64,000 bases of DNA from Mobula birostris (taxonomy: Eukaryota): assembly GCF_030028105.1 (NCBI RefSeq), contig NC_092376.1:30056935-30120934 (forward strand), in the 5' to 3' direction. Shown here piece after piece: positions 26,843 through 36,385 of this stretch; positions within the stretch are counted from its first letter, which is position 1, and every line of letters begins with the position of its first letter. Under the pieces are notes generated by a model, which searched no databases, was not told the DNA's origin, and worked only from the letters and a program-made list of their open reading frames with translations. A program made the position numbers and the translations under genes.

Positions 26843-29800
26843 AAGTTGCTGGTGAAGAGGTGCAGTCGACGTTTCAAGCCGAGACCCTTCGTCAGGACTA
26901 ACTGAAGGAAGAGTGAGTAAGGGATTTGAAAGTTGGAGGGGAAGGGGGAGATCCAAAATGATAGGAGAAGACAGGAGGGGGCGGGATGGAGCCAAGAGCT
27001 GGACATGTGATTGGCAAAAGGGATATGAGAGGATCATGGGACAGGAGGTCCGGGAAGAAAGACAATGGGGGGGGACCCAGAGGACGGGCAAGAGGTATAT
27101 TCAGAGGGACAGAGGGAGAAAAAGGAGAGTGAGAGAAAGAATGTGTGCATAAAAATGAGTAACAGATGGGGTACGAGGGGGAGGTGGGGCCTTAGCGGAA
27201 GTTAGAGAAGTCGATGTTCATGCCATCAGGTTGGAGGCTACCCAGACGGAATATAAGGTGTTGTTCCTCCAACCTGAGTGTGGCTTCATCTTTACAGTAG
27301 AGGAGGCCGTGGATAGACATATCAGAATGGGAATGGGCTACGGAATTAAAATGTGTGGCCACTGGGAGATCCTGCTTTCTCTGGCGGACAGAGCGTAGAT
27401 GTTCAGCAAAGCGGTCTCCCAGTCTGCGTCGGGTCTCACCGATATATAAAAGGCCACATCGGGAGCACCGGACGCAGTATATCACCCCAGTCGACTCACA
27501 GTTGAAGTGTTGCCTCACCTGGAAGGACTGTTTGGGGCCCTGAATGGTGGTAAGGGAGGAAGTGTAAGGGCATGTGTAGCACTTGTTCCGCTTACACGGA
27601 TAAGTGCCAGGAGGGAGATCAGTGGGGAGGGATGGGGGGGACGAATGGACAAGGGAGTTGTGTAGGGAGCGATCCCTGCGGAATGCAGAGGGGGGGGGAG
27701 GGAAAGATGTGCTTAGTGGTGGGATCCCGTTGGAGGTGGCGGAAGTTACGGAGAATAACATGTTGGACCCGGAGGCTGGTGGGGTGGTAGGTGAGGACCA
27801 GGGGAACCCTATTCCTAGTGGGATGGCGGGAGGATGGAGTGAGAGCAGATGTACGTGAAATGGGGGAGATGCGTTTAAGAGCAGAGTTGATAGTGGAGGA
27901 AGGGAAGCCCCTTTCTTTAAAAAAGGAAGACATCTCCCTCGTTCTAGAATGAAAAGCCTCATCCTGAGAGCAGATGCGGCGGAGACGGAGGAATTGCGAG
28001 AAGGGGATGGTGTTTTTGCAAGAGACAGGGTGAGAAGAGGAATAGTCCAGATAGCTGTGAGAGTCAGTAGGCTTATAGTAGACATCAGTGGATAAGCTGT
28101 CTCCAGAAATAGAGACAGAAAGATCTAGAAAGGGGAGGGAGGTGTCGGAAATGGACCAGGTAAACTTGAGGGCAGGGTGAAAGTTGGAGGCAAAGTTAAT
28201 AAAGTCAACGAGTTCTGCATGCGTGCAGGAAGCAGCGCCAATGCCGCCGTCGATGTAGCGAAGGAAAAGTGGGGGACAGATACCAGAGTAGGCACGGAAC
28301 ATAGATTGTTCCACAAACCCAACAAAAAGGCAGGCATAGCTAGGGCCCATACGGGTGCCCATAGCTACACCTTTAGTTTGGAGGAAGTGGGAGGAGCCAA
28401 AGGAGAAATTATTAAGAGTAAGGACTAATTCCGCTAGACGGAGCAGAGTGGTGGTAGAGGGAACTGATTAGGTCTGGAATCCAAAAAGAAGCGTAGAGCT
28501 TTGAGACCTTCCTGATGGGGGATGGAAGTATATAGGGATTGGACATCCATGGTGAAAATAAAGCGGTGGGGGCCAGGGAACTTAAAATCATCGAAAAGTT
28601 TAAGAGCGTGAGAAGTGTCACGAACATAGGTCGGAAGGGATTGAACAAGGGGTGATAGAACTGTGTCGAGGTATGCAGAAACGAGTTCGGTGGGGCAGGT
28701 GCAAGCTGAGACAATAGGTCGGCCAGGACAGGCAGGTTTGTGGATCTTGGGTAGGAGGTAGAAACGGGAAGTGCGGGGTGTGGGAACTATAAGGTTGGTA
28801 GCAGTGGATGGGAGATCCCCTGAGCGGATAAAGTCAGTGATGGTGTGGGAGACAATGGCCTGGTGCTCCTTAGTGGGGTCACGATCGAGGGGTAAATAAG
28901 AGGAGGTATCCGCGAGTTGTCGCTGTGCCTCGGCAAGGTAGAGGTCAGTACGCCAGACTACAACAGCACCCCCCTTATCGGCGGGTTTAATAATAAGGTT
29001 AGGATTAGTGCGGAGGGAGTGGAGAGCAGAGCATTCCGAAGGAGTGAGGTTGGAATGGGGACAAGGTGCGGTGAAGTCGAGACAGTTGATGTCCTGTCGG
29101 CAGTTAGCGATAAAGAGATCCAGAGCAGGCAGAAGACCAGAGCGGGGTGTCCATGAAGAAGAGGAGGGTTGAAGACGGGAGAAGGGGTCATCGGTGGGGG
29201 TGGAAGAGTCCTTGCCGAAGAAGTAGGCTTGGAGACGGAGACGGCGGAAGAAGAGTTCCGCATCATGGTGAACACGGAACTCGCTGAGGTGTGGGCGAAG
29301 GGGGACAAACGTGAGGCCCTTACTGAGAACAGAGCATTCTGCCTCCGACAGTTGAAGGTCGGAGGGGATGGTAAAGACCCGGCACGGATGAGAGCTGGGA
29401 TCAGAGGGGGGAGGGGGGAGGCTGGGGGTGTCAATGGAGAGGGGAGGGTTGGGGTGAGAGGAAGATGGAGCCTCTGAGGGCCCAGGAGTTGACGGTGGGA
29501 TCTGAGGAAGACGGGGCTGCGGAGTGGTGGTGGGAGAAGGGGAGACGGGAGTCACAACAGCAGCACTTGAAGACCCGGCCTGGAGTTCAAGGCTGGCGTC
29601 GCAGTTGGAAGTTGCGCAATCGCTGTGAAGGTGTTCATGGTCGTTGCTGGGGTCCGGGTTTTGAATGTGCCCTGAGGTGTTGGAGCCGGCGAGATCAATG
29701 GCAGGAGCCACAATCTGAAGTTCATGCCTGCTAGCGTCGGGGCCGGCAGGCTCTGGAGTCTGTAGATGTAGGATCTTGCGATCTTTGCCTAACATGACAA

Positions 29801-30003
29801 AGTCAAAAAAACGGCGATTGCAGGCGTGAATCCGACGGAGGACGAAATAACGGGTAGGACCATTACAGACGGCGAAGAAAGTGTCCCGAAGGTGTGGAAG
29901 GGTCTGGGATAGGGACACCAAGTACCTCCTCATGGCGGAGAGAGTCGCCTTTGATGTTTGATGTGTGTTGCTTGAACTTCCAGCATCTGCAGAATTCTTG
30001 TTG
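26843..30003 (-). mobile_element. Penelope-like retroelement (Neptune-like), 5'-truncated and frameshifted
   Basis: RT motifs KPADKGG, LPKIHK, GRPIVS, MDVQSLY, MGTRMGPSYA, YIDG; Cys linker CKRNKCYTC; GIY-YIG VIYCVRCSRCGLLYIGET...R..EH; stop at 27192; 16-bp TSD tccagcatcttcatca at 26827-26842 and 30004-30019. Confidence 0.95.
26864..26899 (-). ncRNA. Minimal type I hammerhead ribozyme in the PLE 3' pseudo-LTR
   Basis: AGUC-CUGACGA-AGG(gucucgg)CUU-GAAA-CG-UC^GACU: stem I AGUC/GACU, intact core, palindromic ACGU stem III. Confidence 0.85.
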
Positions 30004-30599
30004 TCCAGCATCTTCATCAGGGATAATGCCTAGGCACTTCTAGCCCAGTGGTACATATTGTATCGTCAACTCCCATCGTCCGTCCCTCCTGACTGGTCAG
30101 TCCTCAACCAATCAGGTTTCCGCTGTCCCACCTTGTTTAAAATAATATTCCAATTCTTAGTTAGACTGAGACCTTCATATATATTGAGTATATACCACCA
30201 GGCTAGACGTGTCTAAGCATAATTTCTAATGAAGATGGCAGAGTTTGTCATCGAAATGTCAGTTAAATTCAACACCTGTACCTGGCTGAATGCCCCAGAA
30301 GAGTTTATGAGGCTGAAAGTTATACAACAATAAGAACAGAATAAAAAAGGTGGTAGTAGAAAATGGGTAGGCTACTCAGTCCTTCCCCTGCTACTCAATA
30401 TGATCATGACTGATCTAACTTCAGCCTCATCACCTCTTCTGTGGCCACATAGCCCTGAATCCTTTGGATTTTCTTCCAAAAATGAAACTTGTTCCTCTTT
30501 AAATACCTCCAATAATCTAACCTCCATAAGCCTTCAGGATAAATACCATGCCACCAGTTCAGCTTTATCAAAAGTCCAACATAAACTTAGAGGTGTACA

Positions 30600-30930
30600 G
30601 ATGATAAGAGGCAAAGATTGAGTGGACAGTCAAAGACTTTTTCCCAGGGCAGAAATGGCTAGTACAAGGGGGCATAATTTTAACGAGATTGGAGGAAAGT
30701 ATGGGCGGATGGTGTCAGAGGTACGTTTTTTTTACACATAGAGTGGCGGGTGCAAAACCCTCTGCCCAGGTGGTGGCTGAGGCAGATACATTAGGGACAT
30801 TTAAGCAGCTCTCAGATAAGCACATGGATGATAGGAAAAAAGAGAGCTATGTAGGAGAGAAGGGTTAGATTGATCTTAGAATAGGTTATAAATTTGACAT
30901 GATGTCATGTACTGTAATGTTCCATGTTCT
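30600..30930 (+). mobile_element. CR1 3' fragment
   Basis: gaggtgtacagatgataagaggc...tttttacacatagagtgg; decayed tail. Confidence 0.7.
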
Positions 30931-31778
30931 AAGCAAAGCAGCCCACTCACAGAAGAACATTACACAGTACAGTACTTATGAATTATGAATTATTACAGAG
31001 TGCAGAGATTGGGCATGTAAATTGGCAGGCATTATCTGTATATCAATACTTGCCACCACTCAGGACATTGTCAACTTGAATTAGAATGACTTCAGTCAGG
31101 AGATTTGGACTGGTAAATCTAAACAAGCTATACTTGTACTAGGGCCACATGCAAGTGGTAATCTTGTCCAGCTCACCACTAACAGAGACCTAGTATTCTG
31201 CAAGTCCAATCGTCCATCCAAACTGGTTTAACCTTTTAGGCCAATACAAAAATGCAATGTTCCACAGTAGTAACTACACTTTGATTAACAAATTAAAACC
31301 TGTCCATTTGCTCCATGTATCCCAAATTTAAGCTCAATAGCAGTTCCGTACAAATGGATTTCACTATAAACTGGCAAGTAAATTTGTGGCAAATTTTTGT
31401 TAAATTACACAAATGCTGCCTGTATTCAAGGTTATACATATTGCTTTATGGACTAGAAAGCTGATTTAAGGCATATTATCATACCTTTAGCCAATCAGTC
31501 TTATTAGTACACAGCACTTGAATGCTTGCTGCCAATGAAGTCAATACTTCATTTAGTTATGTATACTTTTTCTGGCTCTATTCATTATTAACTCGTAACC
31601 CACACGAAATAAGGTCACCATGGATCAATAAGGACACCATGGGACAATGTGAAAGAGGTCACTCTATTGTGTTCACTGTTATACTAACTTCTGACAGTGA
31701 ATTGTAATGAATGCAGTGGTTCTCAGCCAGTGAATGTGCCGCACTGAAGTGTGATATCATTCAGGTTTGTAATACATC

Positions 31779-33160
31779 TTGTTCAAAAAAGGTAGTAGGG
31801 ATAGTCCGGGTAATTATAGACCAGTGAGCCTTACGTCTGTGGTGGGAAAGCTGTTGGAAAAGATTCTTAGAGATAGGATCTCTGGGCATTTAGAGAATCA
31901 TGGTCTGATCAGGGACAGTCAGCATGGCTTTGTGAAGGGCAGATCGTGTTTAACAAGCCTGATAGAGTTCTTTGAGGAGGTGACCAGGCATATAGATGAG
32001 GGTAGTGCGGTGGATATGATCTATATGGATTTTAGTAAGGCATTTGACAAGGTTCCACACGGTAGGCTTATTCAGAAAGTCAGAAGTTGTGGAATCCAGG
32101 GAAGTTTGGCCAGGTGGATTCAGAATTGGCTTGCCTGCAGAAGGCAGAGGGTCATGGTGGAGGGAGTACATTCAGATTGGAGGATTGTGACTAGTGGTGT
32201 CCCACAAGGATCTGTTCTGGGACCTCTACTTTTCGTGATTTTTATTAATGACCTGGATGTGGGGGTAGAAGGCTGGGATGACACAAAGGTTGGCGGTGTT
32301 GTAGATAGTGTAGAGGATTGTCAAAGATTGCAGAGAGACATTGATAGGATGCAGAAGTGGGCTGAGAAGTGGCAGATGGAGTTTAATCCGGAGAAGTCTG
32401 AGGTGATACACTTTGGAAGGACAAACTCCAAGGCAGAGTATAAAGTAAATGGCAGGATACTTGGTAGTGTGGAGGAGCCAAAGGATCTGGGGGTACATGT
32501 CCACAGATCCCTGAAAGTTGCCTCACAGGTGGATAGGGTAGCTAAGAAAGCTTACGGGGTGTTAGCTTTCATAAGTCGAGGGACAGAGTTTAAGAGTCGC
32601 GATGTAATGATGCAGCTCTATAAAACTCTGGTTAGGCCACACTTGGAGTACTGTGTCCAGTTCTGGTCGCCTCACTATAGGAAGGATGTGGAAGCATTGG
32701 AAAGGGTACAGGGGAGAATTACCAGGATGCTGCCTGGTTTATGATCAGAGATTAAGGGAGCTAGAGCTTTAATCTTTGGAGAGAAGGAGGATGAGAGGAG
32801 ACATGATAGAGGTGTACAAGATAATAAGAGGAATAGATAGAGTGGATAACCAGCGCCTCTTCTCCAGGGCACCACTGCTCAATACAAGGGGACGTGGCCT
32901 TAAGGTAAGGGGTGGGAAGTTCAAGGGGGATATTAGAGGAAGGTTTTTTACTCAGAGAGTGGTTGGTGCGTGGAATACACTGCCTGAGTCAGTGGTGGAG
33001 GCAGATAAACTAGTGAAGTTTAAGAGACTACTAGACAGGCATATGGAGGAATTTAAGGTGGGGGCTTATATGGGAGGCAGGGTTTGAGGGTCGGCACAAC
33101 ATTGTGGGCCGAAGGGCCTGTACTGTGCTGTACTATTCTATGTTCTATGTTCGATGTTCT
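31779..33160 (+). mobile_element. CR1 LINE, 5'-truncated RT plus 3' end
   Basis: PGNYRPVSLTSVVGK, QHGF, DFSKAFDKVPH, GVPQGSVLGP, deletion before DDTK, RPHLEYCVQFWSP; (ttctatg)n tail. Confidence 0.95.
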
Positions 33161-33919
33161 ATCTGTCCATCACTCATGGAGTGATGGACAGATAGAGTGA
33201 AATTGAAGCATCCTTCTCAATTTCAGAGTTTCCACAGAACCTCATCTCCAACTTGCATCTGCTATGCGACAACAAGTAGGCTGTGACTTTATATAAAGGT
33301 TAGCTTTATTTGTCACATTTACATCAAAACACATGGTGTGAACGTCATTTGTATCAATGACTATGCACTCCGACTATGTGCTGGAGGCAGCCCTCAAGGG
33401 TTACACCCTTCCAGCGCCAACATAGCAAGTCTACAACTTACTGATCTGTTTGTTTTTGGAATATGGGAGGAAACCTGAACAGCTGGAGGAAACTCATGGG
33501 TTCAAGTCTGCTGCCATCAGCAAAGAGGTACAGGAACCCTAGGTCCCACACCACCAGGTTCAGGAACAGTTATTACCCTTCAACCATCTGGCTCCTAAAC
33601 TATTGAGGATAACTTCACTAACCTCAACTCTGAATTAATTCCACAACTTATGGACTCACTCTCAAGGACTCTACAACTCGTTCTCATTATTTGTTTGTTT
33701 GTTTATCTATTTATTTATTCACACAGAATGCACATTGGTTGTTTGTTAGTTTTGTTTTTTGTGTAGATTTTCACTGATTCTATTGTATTTCTTTGTTTTA
33801 CAGTACATGTCTACAGGAAAATGAAACTTGGGGTAATATATGGTGACATACAGTATATGTATTTTGATAATAAATGTACTTTGTTTATTGATTTACTTTG
33901 ATCCTGACTTAAAGTGGTT

Positions 33920-34340
33920 TGGCAGGCTAAGACTTTATTCCTTCTAACATACGAGGCCAAAGGGTGATCGTATAAAAGTGTATAAAATCAGGAAAGGCAT
34001 AGACAGGGTGAATACACAAACTCTTTTTTCCTCCAGGAAAGGAGAACTAAAAACTAGAGTGCATATGTTTAAGGTGGGAGAAGAACGATTTAAAATGGAC
34101 CTGAGGAGCAACTCCATCACACAAAGAGTGGTGTGTGTAGGGAATGAGCTGTCAGAGAGAATAACTAAGGCAGATACGATTTAACAACAGTCAAAAGACA
34201 TTGTAGAAGTACATGTATAGCAGAGGTTTATAGGAAGGTGGTCCAAATGCAGACAAATAGGATTAGCTTGGTGGGCACCATGCTTGGCGTAAACAAGTTG
34301 GGCTGAAGGGCTTGCTTCCATGGTGTATTACTCTATGGCC
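33920..34340 (+). mobile_element. CR1 3' fragment
   Basis: YKIRKGIDRVN...TQRVV motif; gggctgaagggc. Confidence 0.7.
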
Positions 34341-35162
34341 GTACGGCACTGTAACTAACAGAAAGCAGGTAATGAAACCATTCCAGTGCAACCACAAAGG
34401 TAACCAAAAGAAATGAGGGATAGGGAGCTAGAGAAGGAAACTGAGGGATCAGGAGTCATATGAATCTCTTTATTTCTCAGTACATTCCAAATACCATCCT
34501 TCAAAATCCCTCCACAATCAAATGGTCATGTTTCCTTGGATCTAGCAAGCTGCATTTGGTTTTGATGAATTTAATAATCCAAGACTGATTTACTTTTACA
34601 GGCTCTCTCACAAGTGGTAAGTGTTGTCAGATAAGAACAAAGAGAACAACATAGAGGGAAGACTGAACAAACATGTGAAGAGGAAAGGGAGAGAACATTG
34701 ACTGGATTGGATAAGTAGGTATGGTTGGCTATGTAAAAAGCACAAAGCAGCTGGACTCTCTTTGCTGTAAATGTTATGAGAAGGAACCAGGGAAGTAGGA
34801 AGCATTCTGATTTTAATGAGAAGAATATATGGTTATGGGTCAGATGAAGTAAAAAAAAATTCTAGCTTGACTTCAGTAAGAATCAAATCCTCCAGATTTA
34901 AGATTGAGGTAAATATTCAAAGGTAAGTAAATAAGCAGCCAGATGCAGCCTGGGTAGAAGTAGCTTTTAAGGAGGCCACATGCCTCCATGATAATGCATT
35001 TTTAGATTTATATTTGACATCAACTGGGCTTCCTGAAACTTTGGAATCTTTGGAATGTGTAAGGAGAGGAACAGAACTGGATCCATAAGCTGGGTGTACT
35101 TACAGAGCCGTTTCTGAACTAGAAGGCACAGGAGTCTACCCAACAGATCCTGTCAAACGCTT

Positions 35163-35476
35163 TCTTTCTCCCTAGGCCTCCCATCCCATGATCCTCTCCC
35201 TTCTCCAGCCTCATATCCCTTTTGCCAATCAATTTTCCAGCTCTTAGCTCCGTTCCTCCCCCTCCTGTCTTCTCCTATCATTTCAGATCTCCCCCTCCCC
35301 CTCCCACTTTCAAATCTCTTACTAGCTCTTCTTTCAGTTAGTCCTGACGAAGGGTCTCGGCCTGAAACATCGACTGTACCTCTTCCTATAGATGCTGCCC
35401 GGCCTGCTGCGTTCACCAGCATTTTTTGTGTGTGTTGCTTGAAATTCCAGCATCTGCAGATTTCCTCATGTTTGCG
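35163..35476 (+). mobile_element. PLE 3'-end copy with hammerhead (35340-35375) and 13-bp TSD
   Basis: TSD ctgtcaaacgctt at 35150-35162 and 35477-35489; agtcctgacgaagggtctcggcctgaaacatcgact; unsplit tail. Confidence 0.9.
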
Positions 35477-36385
35477 CTGTCAAACGCTTCACCTGAAATC
35501 TGGTCCGATCCCACCTTACCCCACCTTGTCGCCCATGCCTCACTGCCTGAGTCTCTCCTCACCCACTCTTGTAAAATCTCCTCTCATGTTCTCAGCTAAA
35601 GCTTTCTCCTCCTCTATTGTGTCCATCTGTTTCAAATATTCCCAAACTACAAATGCCAAACAATCAACCAGGCTGTCTGTAAACAGGAAAAAAACATAAA
35701 AGGTTTTCAACTGTAGAGGATATTAATGAAATATGAGATGCACATCCATTATTCCTCCTCCTCTCCAAAATTATCCAGTCCTACGAAATTATGTATGCAA
35801 TAAATATGGGGAAGAGGTGCATAGTGTAGTGGTTTCTGAGAAATATACCGCCTTCAAAAAGATGCCACAGCGCTAAGAGAGAAACAGAAGTTATGCTGTA
35901 ATTTATTGCTTTCCCAAATAGTTAACATAATGAAATGACATTCCCACTTGCAGTGGGGCTCCAATGAGGAAATAAAGATGAAATAGTCCATTATTCCAGT
36001 ATGAGAATGCACAATAATATCTAATACATTTCACACTTATAGAAAATGAGAATTAGATTAGAAATTATGCAAAACATTTGACAAACGAGCATGAAATTGC
36101 TCTCTCTGCTATCTTAGCACAGACATCATCACATTTACGAACGGAGTGAAATAGCTGAGAGAGAGAGAGAGAGAGAAATTTCATACGACTGAATGGAGCC
36201 TTCACTCAATGAGTGAAATCTCACATTATTACAAAGTTAAAGAAAATGTTGAAAGAATGAGCATATTGGGTATTAAATCACAAACTCGTTTATTTTCACT
36301 GCAGCTATTAATATAGGGTATAGATCTTATTGTTAATATAGATCATTGTGGGCTAAAAGGCCTGTTTCTCTGCTTGATTGTTCTA

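Larger units (their letters stand above)
26761..30308. mobile_element. Palindromic ~390-bp hammerhead-bearing non-autonomous element (second PLE family), interrupted by the long PLE
   Basis: Left arm 26761-26842 plus 30020-30057 is the reverse complement of right arm 30189-30308 (~118 nt, roughly 75-80% identical by eye); each arm has a CTGATGA-stem-GAAACGTC-like core. Confidence 0.8.

Noticed and set aside
29957-30017. Apparent start MKMLDNKNSADAGSS of the 527-aa PLE ORF
   Set aside because: Encoded by the TSD and the inverted tail, so it is chimeric; the real ORF is 5'-truncated
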